This document shows, in pieces, positions 24,426 to 33,363 of a DNA stretch of 64,000 bases (its first letter is position 1; each line of letters starts with the position of its first letter). Origin of the DNA: a virus; IMG/VR virus record IMGVR_UViG_3300006854_000004, positions 1 through 64,000 of that record; one strand, 5' to 3'. Made by a program: the position numbers and the translations under genes. The notes under the pieces are model-generated. The model did no database searches, had not been told where the DNA came from, and was given only the letters and a program-made list of their open reading frames with translations.

Positions 24426-24616
24426 TTCGCGACCTCGAGGAGCATGACGAGACCGACGATCTCGCACGCTGCGCGAACAGCCTTCTGGGAGTCGGAGCTG
24501 CCGATCTTCTTGACGTTCTGCTCGATCAGCTCGGTGACCTCCGCCTCCGTCATCTTCTTCTCCTCGAAGATCTTGACGGCGATGGAGAGCGCTAGTTGTC
24601 TTGAGATGTTGCTCAC
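24422..24616 (-). CDS. hypothetical protein
   Basis: Coherent ORF. Confidence 0.5.
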   Translation of the reverse strand: MSNISRQLALSIAVKIFEEKKMTEAEVTELIEQNVKKIGSSDSQKAVRAACEIVGLVMLLEVAK

Positions 24617-24629
24617 GGTTACCTCGATG

Positions 24630-25070
24630 TTAGAAGGGTCTGTCGATCTCGATGCCGGCCTCGGCGAGGATCAGCTTCGCGAACGCCGCGTCCTCTGACC
24701 ACGGTCGGCCGTCCTCCGGCAAAATCGGCGGAGGCGCGTAGACCTGAATGATGCCGGACTGCACGATCATCTTCGCGCACGCAGAGCACGGACTGAACGT
24801 GATGAACAGCGCGCACTCGTTGACCGGTCTCGGCGCGTTCAGGATGGCGTTCGCCTCCGCGTGCACGACCAGCGAGTACTTCGTCTGGCGATCCTCGTAG
24901 CGCTCCGGCGAGTCGCGCACGTGTCGAGGGAATCCGTTGTATCCTACGCTGACGACGCGACGTCTAGCGTCCGCGATGACGGCGCCGACCTTCGTCGACG
25001 GGTCCTTGCTCCACTGAGCGATGTGCTCCGCGAGCGTGTAGAATCGCTTCTGCCACTTCAGGTCGATCAC
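24630..25070 (-). CDS. dCMP deaminase
   Basis: 'VVHAEANAI' and 'PCSACAKMI' zinc-binding motifs of the cytidine/dCMP deaminase family. 146 aa. Confidence 0.8.
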   Translation of the reverse strand: MIDLKWQKRFYTLAEHIAQWSKDPSTKVGAVIADARRRVVSVGYNGFPRHVRDSPERYEDRQTKYSLVVHAEANAILNAPRPVNECALFITFSPCSACAKMIVQSGIIQVYAPPPILPEDGRPWSEDAAFAKLILAEAGIEIDRPF

Positions 25071-25360
25071 GTCGGCACCTCCGGATCACCGGTCACGATC
25101 ACTACGTCCTGCGCGTACAGACCCAGCTCCTTCCCTCTGGCGATGGCTGCTCCGAGGAACGCACCCAGGAACTTCAGTCGGTCGCTGTCACTGGACGCAG
25201 CGAACTGTCGACGGATCTCCGGTTCAGCCAGAAGCTCTGGTCGACAGCAGGAGAAGTCTGGACAGCACTCGCCGCCCTCGATGCCGTCTACCTCGCGATG
25301 GATCGACTCTCCGGCGACCCATCTCTTCAGCTGCTCGCCGCTACTGATTCTCTCGCTCAT
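25067..25360 (-). CDS. CC-x4-CC protein, paralogue A
   Basis: 'GECCPDFSCCRPELLAEPEIRRQFAA...DRLKFLGAFLGAAIA' is paralogous to the product of 45975-46304. ATG at 25360. Confidence 0.5.
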   Translation of the reverse strand: MSERISSGEQLKRWVAGESIHREVDGIEGGECCPDFSCCRPELLAEPEIRRQFAASSDSDRLKFLGAFLGAAIARGKELGLYAQDVVIVTGDPEVPT

Positions 25361-26390
25361 TTCTTCGCCTCCTCTCGAGCCACTCGGCGCAAGCTCGACG
25401 CCAGTCGCTCGCACGACAGTCGTACAGCGACGCGATCGCCGCGCCAGCATCGTTGTAGTCCTTGTAGATGTCATGCGCGCGCACGATCGGCCAGGCGACC
25501 TCGTTGAAGAACGGGTCTCGACAGTCCCGCGTTCCCGGTAGACGACCGTCGTGCGTGACGAAGTACCGGACGTCCTCGTCCCACGACTCGCGAGACGTCG
25601 ACATCAGAGGATACGGAGAGACCTCGTTGTTACGATACGGCTCCGTCGAGTACTCCTCGCCCAGAAGCATCTTGTCGTACATCTTGTCGTAGAGCGCCTG
25701 ATACGCGTGATAGTTCACGCTCACCTGAGTCAGCGAGCCGACCGGAAGCTCCGCACACCGGGCGATGTACTCGAGCAGAACGCTGAAGTGGACCGCGTTC
25801 GCACCGTGACACCCCCAGATCGCGTCGTTGCTCCGGCAGAACACGACCGCGTCCAGCGCGCCGACGACGCTCAGCTGGAACGTCACGACGAGATTGCAGG
25901 CGTGATCCTTGGTCTCCGTCGCCAGATCTCGATCGTGGTCCCACATCTGGAGAACGCACTGTCGCGTAGTCGGCTTCTTCCTCAGCTCCGCGATGATGTC
26001 GACGAGTTGGTCACGCTCTCCAGCGATCGGTCCTCCCCAATGCGGCGCGATGGTCGGTGCGCGTCGCCATCGGTGACCGTACGCCGCGTTCTGCGTGACG
26101 CCGTCGTCGCTGTACTCGCCCATCTGCTTCACGTAGCGCGTCAGCGGCGCGATGTCGTTGCGACCGACGAGCATCCAGAGCGACTCGTAGAAGTGGAAGA
26201 ACGGATTGGCATCCCGCCATCCGTAGAACAGGACACGCTCTCGCGGTCGCTCCATCACCGTCGCTACCGGCGTCGGATAGCGATAGGCCGGACCGTTGCG
26301 CGTATCCTCCAGGACGACGACGTCACCCTTCAGCCTGTAGAAGCCCTTCACCAGAGCCTCGGCCACGTTTCGAGCTTGTATCACTATCAC
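25341..26390 (-). CDS. thymidylate-synthase-fold enzyme (ThyA or dUMP hydroxymethylase)
   Basis: 'RDANPFFHFYESLWML', a catalytic-Cys-like 'DHACNLVVTFQ' and 'RSNDAIWGCHGAN' blocks occur in TS order. Confidence 0.7.
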   Translation of the reverse strand: MIVIQARNVAEALVKGFYRLKGDVVVLEDTRNGPAYRYPTPVATVMERPRERVLFYGWRDANPFFHFYESLWMLVGRNDIAPLTRYVKQMGEYSDDGVTQNAAYGHRWRRAPTIAPHWGGPIAGERDQLVDIIAELRKKPTTRQCVLQMWDHDRDLATETKDHACNLVVTFQLSVVGALDAVVFCRSNDAIWGCHGANAVHFSVLLEYIARCAELPVGSLTQVSVNYHAYQALYDKMYDKMLLGEEYSTEPYRNNEVSPYPLMSTSRESWDEDVRYFVTHDGRLPGTRDCRDPFFNEVAWPIVRAHDIYKDYNDAGAAIASLYDCRASDWRRACAEWLERRRRNERENQ

Positions 26391-26578
26391 TTCATCCTCG
26401 TCCTTCTCGTAGCGTCGTTGATGGCGTCGTTCAGTCTCTGCAGACCCTCCGCTGCTCGACTGATATCGACCGTGTAGTTGACGACGACCGTCGTCCTGTA
26501 GAAGTTCTTGACCAGCATGCTGACGAGCGGCGGCTGTCTCTTCACCCTCTCGACCTTCTCTTCATCAGCGCGATGCAT
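26387..26578 (-). CDS. hypothetical small protein
   Basis: 4-nt overlap with the TS-fold gene. Confidence 0.4.
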   Translation of the reverse strand: MHRADEEKVERVKRQPPLVSMLVKNFYRTTVVVNYTVDISRAAEGLQRLNDAINDATRRTRMK

Positions 26579-26727
26579 CCAGCCTGATGCAGGAAGTCTT
26601 TGCGATGCTGTCTTCTGACCGCATCGTCAGCATCAAGGATGTCCGAGATGCTGTCCAGACTCATATCCAGCTCCTTCCCATCTACTAGGAACTTGATGGT
26701 CGCCTGAGCGGCGCGAATGATAGTCAT
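26542..26727 (-). CDS. hypothetical small protein
   Basis: Track ORF. Overlaps the next ORF by 37 nt. Confidence 0.4.
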   Translation of the reverse strand: MTIIRAAQATIKFLVDGKELDMSLDSISDILDADDAVRRQHRKDFLHQAGCIALMKRRSRG

Positions 26728-26728
26728 C

Positions 26729-27142
26729 TCAGTGGATCTTCGGCAGCGGCTGAGTGAGGGCGCGTATCAGCTCATTCGACTCCGGCGGTCGGTCCCAGAC
26801 GGCCATCGCGTTCAGTCGGAGAGCGTCCTCGTTCACGTTGCCGAGGCACTCCGAAGCCCAGTGACCCTCGTGTAGGAGCCACGTGTGACCGAGCAGCGTG
26901 AGCGTCCATGCACGACCGCCGCAGATCCGCCACTTCTTCAGCCATAGACGCTGAGACGGACGGAACTTGACGGCGACTCGCGTGCTAGAGCGAACAGGTC
27001 TCTCGGCGACCTTCAGCTCCAGCCATCCCGCGACGCAGACCACGTCCGGCATGCCGTCGTCGACGATATTCTCGACCGCGACGCCGCAGATCGGCGCCAG
27101 CTTCTTGACGACCTTCGACCTGAATTCGCTCTCGGCGCTCAC
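26729..27142 (-). CDS. PD-(D/E)xK nuclease, VRR-NUC-like
   Basis: GTGA overlap start at 27142. 'GMPDVVCVAGWLELKV' gives a D...E.K arrangement. The Arg-rich N-terminal track extension was discarded. Confidence 0.45.
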   Translation of the reverse strand: MSAESEFRSKVVKKLAPICGVAVENIVDDGMPDVVCVAGWLELKVAERPVRSSTRVAVKFRPSQRLWLKKWRICGGRAWTLTLLGHTWLLHEGHWASECLGNVNEDALRLNAMAVWDRPPESNELIRALTQPLPKIH

Positions 27143-27933
27143 GGATGCTCGGCCTTGTAGCGGATCGCCCAGTCCAGGATCCTCTGGCGGCGATGGTCCG
27201 GTGCGGCGTTCTCGAGCTGAATGACCTCGAGCGCGAGCAGGAGCAGGTGGTTCGGGAAGTCCTTCAGCGTCAGCCACCGCCAGAAGCCGACGTCGACGTC
27301 CCAGACCGCCTTCCCGCGATTCTTGCCGAAGTTCAGCCGAAGCTCCCCGCTGTCGTGGAGGATGACGTGCGACGTCGGTCCCCACCAGAACTTCTTCTCC
27401 GGATCGAGCGCGTCCCACGGGATGTTCTCCAGACCGAACGTCGCGATCTGGTTGATCAGTACCTCGCGCACCGCGCGAGTGTCAGCCGCGGCCGAGTGCG
27501 CGTTGGTGAACCCCTTGCGGTCGACGAAGCGGCGGAAGGCGTTCTGTAGATGGCGCTCCTCCCGCGGCTCGTAGACGTCCCACAGTCGCTTCGGGTCCAC
27601 GAGCGTCGGCCACGTGACGCGGACGCCGGCGCGAGAGAACTCCGAGTCGATCATGCCCTGGTCGAAGCCGACGTTGTAGCCGATGACCGCTTCGGCCGAC
27701 TCGATTCGAGCTTTCAGCGATTCCACGACGGTCTCGAACCCCGGGCAGTCAGCGACGTCGTCGTCCGTGATGCCGTGGATGGCCGTCACCTCCGGTGGGA
27801 TCGACATGCCCGGGTTGAAGCGCTGGAGCATGATCAGGGCGTCGTCCTTGAAGTCGACGACGCAAAGCTCGACCACGCGGTCCTTCTCACGGTCGAGTCC
27901 AGTGGTCTCTGTGTCCAGTACGATCGCAGTCAT
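27139..27933 (-). CDS. DnaQ-like 3'-5' exonuclease
   Basis: ExoI 'LDTETTGLD', ExoII 'IGYNVGFDQ' and ExoIII 'HSAAADT' motifs. An extra C-terminal domain contains 'FGKNRGKAVWDV'. Confidence 0.75.
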   Translation of the reverse strand: MTAIVLDTETTGLDREKDRVVELCVVDFKDDALIMLQRFNPGMSIPPEVTAIHGITDDDVADCPGFETVVESLKARIESAEAVIGYNVGFDQGMIDSEFSRAGVRVTWPTLVDPKRLWDVYEPREERHLQNAFRRFVDRKGFTNAHSAAADTRAVREVLINQIATFGLENIPWDALDPEKKFWWGPTSHVILHDSGELRLNFGKNRGKAVWDVDVGFWRWLTLKDFPNHLLLLALEVIQLENAAPDHRRQRILDWAIRYKAEHP

Positions 27934-29871
27934 TCAGTTCTCCACTTTGGTCAGTTCGCCCCAACTAGGACCTATCTCTAGGTCGACCTTCATGGGGACG
28001 TTGAAGGTCACCACCGTCATCTGAAGCTCCTTCAGCCTCTTCGCCTGCGAGAGCGAGGAGTAGCTGAAGTCAAACTCGTCGTGAACCGCCAGCTGGATCG
28101 GGATGCCCTCGGCGTCCGCCGCCACGAGCGTAGCCTTCATCTGGTCGGCTGCCGATCCCTGGCCGATGCGGTTGAAAGCCTTGTGGGCCTTCCAGATCTT
28201 GTTGTCCGGTCCGCGCTCGAAGTGGCACTTCCGCTTGAGGTACGTCCAGACGAAGCCGTTCTTCTCGGCCTGCTTCGCCGCAGCCTTCGTCAGACCGCGG
28301 ACCCACGGGGCGAACCTCGTGAAGCCGTCGATCTTCTCCTGCGACTCTGGGGTCGGCATCTCGCGCATTCCCCACTTCGTCTTCCGGATCTCCGTCGGCC
28401 AGTTCATGTGATGGCAGAGGAGAACGTCGCCCATCCCGTAGAGGCGACCGTTGACGAAGTTCTTCACCGTCGTGCGGTCGTAGTTGACGGGGTCGTTCGC
28501 GATGTCGGTCAGCTTCTGGTGGATGTCCAGAGCCGGGTTGTTCCTGTATTCGTCGGCGAAGGCGGACGCGCCGGGACACTCACGACCGCCGGAGATCTTC
28601 TCGATGATCTCGGCGTAGTGGACGCCGATGCGAGGCTCCTGCTGAGCCCAGTCGCTGCACGCCCATCCCTCGGCTCCCTCGTCAGCCTCGTAGATCGAGC
28701 GCCATCGCTTCCCGTACTCCTTGTTCCTGACCGGCTGAAACTGCATGTTGTCGTTCGAGGACGACAGTCGCCCGAAGCGTACACCCTTCTCCTCGCCACC
28801 GTCGTCGGTCGCCTTCAGCTGGTTGAACGTGCAGTGCATCCGTCCTTTGACGGAGTACTCGCGCACTCGCGAGCAGAACGTCGTGCGCACCTTGTTCCAC
28901 TCGCGTGCGCGAAGGATCCACTTGCCGACCTCGCCGGCCTCCTTCAGCAGGACCTTGTCGACGGACGCCTTGCCCTGCGACGTCTTGCTCGGCTCGACTC
29001 CGAAGCGGCGGAGCGCGTGCGCGAGGACCTCGGCCTTCCAGACGTTCCCGACGCCGATGTCGACGCCGGTCGCGTGCTTGACCTTCGCCAGCTCCTCGGT
29101 CTCGATCCTGATGGAGTCCCTCTCGATGGAGTCCACACGATCGAAGTTTACGCGAACGCCGCGACGTCGCATCTTCACGAGGATCGGTGTCACCTTCTGC
29201 TCGAGACCCCAGATCTCGAGGACGCCCTCCTTCTCGGCTGCGATCTCCTGACGACGCAGGAGTTGGAGCGATCGTCGCGCGTCTGCGCGACCGTACGCCT
29301 CGACGAAGCGAGCCGGCAGCTTCCATAGATCGACCTTCGGGTCGTAGCCGTACGCGGATGCAGCCTGACGGAGGACCGTCTCGTCCTTGCCCGGGAGTCC
29401 GTGACGCTCGCACATCGAGTCGAGGTCGTAGTTGAAGTGAAGCTCGTTGATGAGGACGTCCAGGACCTGAGGGTCCATGATCGGCTTCGTCAGGATCGCC
29501 TCGTCCTCGACAGTGGTCGCGATCCAGTCGAGATCGTATCCGATGCCGTTGTTGACTATCGTACCTCTGAAGTCGCGGATCTGGTCCCGCAGATAGCGGA
29601 TCGCACCATCTGGGTCAGCCACGTTGTCGCCGCCCTCGTGGCGTATCGGGACATAGAACTCCGGACCGTCCTCTATGGCGACGCTGTATCCGCAGACGTA
29701 GTTGGTCCGCGGATCCCGACGACACCCCGGGCCGAGACGCTTCAGCTGCTCGTCGCGACACTCGACGTCGATCGCGACCCGCTTCGCATCGCCCCACGAC
29801 GGAAGCTCGCTGACGATCGGTGGCGCCCAGACGACCGTCGGCAGAGCGAAGGAGAAGATCGTCTGCGACAT
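27934..29871 (-). CDS. family A DNA polymerase
   Basis: Motif A 'CSDWAQQEPRI', motif B 'RTTVKNFVNGRLYGMG' and motif C 'LAVHDEFDF'. ATG 29871 forms a TGATG overlap with the upstream stop. An alternative GTG lies at 29889. Confidence 0.85.
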   Translation of the reverse strand: MSQTIFSFALPTVVWAPPIVSELPSWGDAKRVAIDVECRDEQLKRLGPGCRRDPRTNYVCGYSVAIEDGPEFYVPIRHEGGDNVADPDGAIRYLRDQIRDFRGTIVNNGIGYDLDWIATTVEDEAILTKPIMDPQVLDVLINELHFNYDLDSMCERHGLPGKDETVLRQAASAYGYDPKVDLWKLPARFVEAYGRADARRSLQLLRRQEIAAEKEGVLEIWGLEQKVTPILVKMRRRGVRVNFDRVDSIERDSIRIETEELAKVKHATGVDIGVGNVWKAEVLAHALRRFGVEPSKTSQGKASVDKVLLKEAGEVGKWILRAREWNKVRTTFCSRVREYSVKGRMHCTFNQLKATDDGGEEKGVRFGRLSSSNDNMQFQPVRNKEYGKRWRSIYEADEGAEGWACSDWAQQEPRIGVHYAEIIEKISGGRECPGASAFADEYRNNPALDIHQKLTDIANDPVNYDRTTVKNFVNGRLYGMGDVLLCHHMNWPTEIRKTKWGMREMPTPESQEKIDGFTRFAPWVRGLTKAAAKQAEKNGFVWTYLKRKCHFERGPDNKIWKAHKAFNRIGQGSAADQMKATLVAADAEGIPIQLAVHDEFDFSYSSLSQAKRLKELQMTVVTFNVPMKVDLEIGPSWGELTKVEN

Positions 29872-30089
29872 CAGTTCAGGCGACTCCACACAGCGAGGAG
29901 TGTCACCACATCACAGGAGTAGTCCCGACCGTTGTCGAGAACACCGACGACGTTGCGCCCGCGTGACGCCTTCGGGTCGACATGCTTGACCGTCAGCTTT
30001 CGGTTCCCCTTCTGGTCGATCAGCACCTCGCCGACGCTCGGCCAGTCGGTGAACGGTTTGTCCTTCTCAGACTTGAAGGGCGGCATCAT
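29871..30089 (-). CDS. hypothetical protein
   Basis: 4-nt overlap with the upstream gene. Confidence 0.45.
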   Translation of the reverse strand: MMPPFKSEKDKPFTDWPSVGEVLIDQKGNRKLTVKHVDPKASRGRNVVGVLDNGRDYSCDVVTLLAVWSRLN

Positions 30090-30721
30090 CGCGCCCTATT
30101 CGCTGGCTGTGTCAGACCCCTCGAGACGCGCGGCTCCCAGTCATGAGCGTCAGCACCCAGACCTGAGTGAACGCCGCTCTGTGGGGACTGACCGCACTTC
30201 CCGCAGTAGTCCGTCGTCTTCGCGTCCATGAACTCGACGCTGCTGACCGTCTTCGGCTCGATGTCCTCGTCCGCCGTGTATCCGCTTCCGCCGGTCCCGC
30301 GATGCCCGACGTACGTGGAGAGCGCTCCGCCGAGTGTATCGCCCATCATACTCTTGACCGACTCGGCAGCTTCGACGGCGCTCTCCTTCAACTTCGGAGT
30401 CAGCGCGTTAGACAGACCGTGCTCATCGCACCGTGTCCTGACCTCCGCCTCGATCAGGTCGAGATAGCAGCGCAGATCGCGAACGGTGTCTATGAGGGAC
30501 TCGCCCGCGGACTCGTCCAGGAGCGCTCGGAAGATGTCGTAGCCGTATCGCTTCGCGATCTCCTCGATGCGGTCGACCTTGCGGATCATGACCATGTACG
30601 CGCCGACACCGCCGCGCTTCTTCCAAGACGCATTGTACGCCTTCTCCTTCTCGGTGACCAGTTCGACGTCCTCCTGCGCGATGCGCGGGATCAGTGCGAG
30701 ATGCCTCAGGTTGTCTGTCAC
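30086..30721 (-). CDS. MazG-like / DUF1599 (Nmad1)-like all-alpha NTP pyrophosphatase candidate
   Basis: 'YNASWKKRGGVGAYMVMIRKVDRIEEI' resembles the DUF1599 core. The C-terminal region contains 'CGKCG'. Confidence 0.45.
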   Translation of the reverse strand: MTDNLRHLALIPRIAQEDVELVTEKEKAYNASWKKRGGVGAYMVMIRKVDRIEEIAKRYGYDIFRALLDESAGESLIDTVRDLRCYLDLIEAEVRTRCDEHGLSNALTPKLKESAVEAAESVKSMMGDTLGGALSTYVGHRGTGGSGYTADEDIEPKTVSSVEFMDAKTTDYCGKCGQSPQSGVHSGLGADAHDWEPRVSRGLTQPANRAR

Positions 30722-31299
30722 GGTAGCCAGCTCCTACGCCCACCCAGATGGTGGATGCTCGGGAATTCTCGCCACGACCGGACGGTGATTCCGTCCTCCC
30801 AGTCGTCGACGATGTTATGTTCGGCCTCGTACTTAATGGCGACGCCGTGCGGATGACTCTTCTTCCACCTGACTAGGTGCTCGACGCGATCGTCCACGAA
30901 GACGTCGCCAGCACAGACGTGCTTCGCGGAGCAGTGGATGACGCTCTTCCAGTCAGCGCCGAAGTGCTCGATGAGCCAGAGCGTTCGCTCGTGCGTCCAG
31001 TTCGGGCTCTTCATCGGAGACGTGACGAAGTAGACTTCGGACGTCTGTCGGAGTCTGGCGACTCCCTCTACCGCGCCCGGGAGCGGGTCGAGGGACAGAC
31101 ACCATCCTGGTCTCTGCATCTCGGCGTAGACCCGCGTCTCGACGTCCTCTGGGACGCCGAGCGACTTGAAGACGTGCCACGACTTGATGTCGGCCTTCTT
31201 CTTGTCCCACCCGGTCATCTCGTTGATGATCTGGATGCACGGTGTGAGGAAGTCCGCCAGGACCCCGTCGACATCCAGCAGCACGCGCGGTCTAGTCAC
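30718..31299 (-). CDS. HAD-family 5'(3')-deoxyribonucleotidase (NT5C-like)
   Basis: 'VLLDVDGVLADF' DxDxV nucleophile motif. ~190 aa, typical of phage NT5C proteins. Confidence 0.65.
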   Translation of the reverse strand: MTRPRVLLDVDGVLADFLTPCIQIINEMTGWDKKKADIKSWHVFKSLGVPEDVETRVYAEMQRPGWCLSLDPLPGAVEGVARLRQTSEVYFVTSPMKSPNWTHERTLWLIEHFGADWKSVIHCSAKHVCAGDVFVDDRVEHLVRWKKSHPHGVAIKYEAEHNIVDDWEDGITVRSWREFPSIHHLGGRRSWLP

Positions 31300-31526
31300 A
31301 CTAGACCCTCTTTCTCGACAGCACTCATGATGATCTCCGTCGCGTTCGCGTCAGCTCTCCATCGACTGCCGTCCGGTAGTCCGACGATGCTGCCGGACTC
31401 CTTGACCGCGTCCAGCTGAACGGTACGAACGAACACGATGTTCTGGATGTTCAGTGTCACTAGCTGCAGATCGCACCAGTTCAGTCTGTTCTCGTCCCAC
31501 TCCTGCATCGGTACTCGCACGAACAT
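31296..31526 (-). CDS. hypothetical protein
   Basis: 4-nt overlap. Confidence 0.45.
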   Translation of the reverse strand: MFVRVPMQEWDENRLNWCDLQLVTLNIQNIVFVRTVQLDAVKESGSIVGLPDGSRWRADANATEIIMSAVEKEGLV

Positions 31527-31529
31527 CGT

Positions 31530-31748
31530 TCACCAGTGAAACGCGTACCAGCGATCAGCGCCGGTCGCGAGCGAAGTGTTGTAGATGGTAGAGATGATGA
31601 GGTCTCCGCACCTGATGTCCTCGTCGAACAGAACCAGCTTCGCGAGCTTCTCGGCGATGCGGACTCCGTGCTTCGTCTTCACGGCGACGATGCGTCGCTC
31701 CCATAGGATGCTGGTCGCTGTTGATAGTTCTCGAACCATGTCGTCCAT
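31530..31748 (-). CDS. hypothetical protein
   Basis: AAGGAGAG lies before ATG 31748. First ORF after the promoter at 31817-31846. Confidence 0.5.
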   Translation of the reverse strand: MDDMVRELSTATSILWERRIVAVKTKHGVRIAEKLAKLVLFDEDIRCGDLIISTIYNTSLATGADRWYAFHW

Positions 31749-31816
31749 TCAGCGCTCTCCTTGGTTTCTGTCGGTCACATTCCGCCAGAGACAGCTAAGC
31801 GTGATCTTAACGCGGC

Positions 31817-31846
31817 ACCATAACACAGGCTAGGTTACAGATGCAA
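31817..31846 (-). promoter_or_regulatory. promoter candidate, TTGCAT-N13-TGTGTTA class
   Basis: On the - strand: TCTTGCAT-ctgtaacctagcc-TGTGTTATGGT. Same architecture as 50705-50734 and 41462-41491. Confidence 0.4.
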
Positions 31847-31850
31847 GACT

Positions 31851-32405
31851 TCAGCGGTAGTCTTCCTCGATCGGTCCCTCTGGTCGCTGGACGCCGAGCA
31901 GTTCGCAGACGCAGTCCATCGCGCGTTGTCTGTCGGAGACCATCTCGATGCCGATGCCCAGCTCGCGCATCGCCATGACCGTCCTCATGATCTTGTACTC
32001 ATACTCATCGCGCGTCCCCGCGCCGATGCTCTTGCCGAGTCGCGGGACCGGCATCCCGTCGACGTTGATGTAGACCGTCCTGCACGTCTTCGCGAACTCC
32101 GGACCGTATCCGGCCCACAGACGCTCCCACTTCGTGAAGCCGCCCTCCATCACGCCGGACTTCGGAGACTCGGAGGCTCGACGCATGATCTCGTCGAAGC
32201 CGAACGGGTCGCGATCGTACGCGGTCATGCCGTGCCTCATCCTAGACGTCGTCTCGTAGTTTCCGTAGACGATCAGATCCGGCGACTCGTAGTACATCGG
32301 CAGCGGACTGGTCCCGTAGATCTTCCGCCACGTCCGCGCCTTCATGAGGCGCCGAACGAGCGTGCTCTTACCAGAGCCGTACGGTCCGAGGACGACGACG
32401 TTCAC
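31851..32405 (-). CDS. P-loop kinase/NTPase, paralogue 1
   Basis: GTGA overlap start at 32405. Walker A 'GPYGSGKSTLVRRL'. Shares 'G.YET' and 'EGG/EGI' blocks with 32752-33363. Confidence 0.6.
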   Translation of the reverse strand: MNVVVLGPYGSGKSTLVRRLMKARTWRKIYGTSPLPMYYESPDLIVYGNYETTSRMRHGMTAYDRDPFGFDEIMRRASESPKSGVMEGGFTKWERLWAGYGPEFAKTCRTVYINVDGMPVPRLGKSIGAGTRDEYEYKIMRTVMAMRELGIGIEMVSDRQRAMDCVCELLGVQRPEGPIEEDYR

Positions 32406-32755
32406 GACAGCCAGGCCCTGTCGCAGTCGCCCGTCATGTCGCACCCCCCGCAGACTCGGAGTCGCTTACCGTCGCGCGAGATCTCCATTATCGCCTGTCG
32501 ACGACACGGCACCTCGTGACGGTCACACTGACACGGTCCGACGAAGCGCGTGTCGTCCGGCTTCCTCGCGACGAAGGCTCGCGTCATCTTCGCGAGCATC
32601 CCGCTGGTCGTGTAGACGAACACGAACGGGAAGAAGCCGTGCACGAGGCAGATCGCGCCAGCGAGGAACATGCGACCACTGAACACCAGCGAGTGTCCGA
32701 GATGCTCGGCGTAGGACTCGCCCATCTCGCGAGGATGCTTCGTGAAGAGACTCAC
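32402..32755 (-). CDS. membrane protein with Cys-rich C-terminus
   Basis: Hydrophobic 'FLAGAICLVHGFFPFVFVYTT', then 'CQCDRHEVPC...VCGGCDMTGDC'. Confidence 0.5.
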   Translation of the reverse strand: MSLFTKHPREMGESYAEHLGHSLVFSGRMFLAGAICLVHGFFPFVFVYTTSGMLAKMTRAFVARKPDDTRFVGPCQCDRHEVPCRRQAIMEISRDGKRLRVCGGCDMTGDCDRAWLS

Positions 32756-33363
32756 GGTCGCTCTCCGATGCCGCGCTCGATGTCGTGCGGTGAGACGACA
32801 GGATCGAGCGGCACCGACAGAAGCTCGCAGACCTTCATGAACGCCGCATCGCGATCGAGCCTGAGGACCGGATAGCCGTTGTCCTCGATGCGCCGTCCGG
32901 AGCTGAGCACGCTCTTGTACTCCTTCCGAACGTTCTCCCCCTCGAACGGAGCCGTGTCACCCCGGGCGATGCGACGCGCGCGGACCGAGTCCACGCAGTC
33001 CTCCATCGGCGTAGACAGCTGAACGACGATGGTCGAGTGGTCCCGCATGATCTCGAGCAGCTTCGTCGTGTTGTGCTGAGCGACGATGCCCTCGAACAGG
33101 ACGTCGAGCTTTGCCTCTGCCGCCTGACGAACCATGTCGTAGATGGTGGACGCGTCGGTGATGGTATCGCATCCGCCCGTCGGCGTCTCGTACGCGCCGG
33201 GGATCAGGAGAGTATCGACACCGTCACGGTGACTGCGACAGCGATAGCCCATGGGTCGCTGACGGCGCGAGACGTAGAACGGCTCGCTCTCGTGCAGGTC
33301 GAGGACTCGCTTGACGAGCGTTGACTTACCGGAGCCGTTGGCTCCACGAACGTTGATGATCAT
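32752..33363 (-). CDS. P-loop kinase/NTPase, paralogue 2
   Basis: ATGA overlap start at 33363. Walker A 'GANGSGKSTLVKRV'. The N-terminal track extension was discarded. Confidence 0.6.
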   Translation of the reverse strand: MIINVRGANGSGKSTLVKRVLDLHESEPFYVSRRQRPMGYRCRSHRDGVDTLLIPGAYETPTGGCDTITDASTIYDMVRQAAEAKLDVLFEGIVAQHNTTKLLEIMRDHSTIVVQLSTPMEDCVDSVRARRIARGDTAPFEGENVRKEYKSVLSSGRRIEDNGYPVLRLDRDAAFMKVCELLSVPLDPVVSPHDIERGIGERP

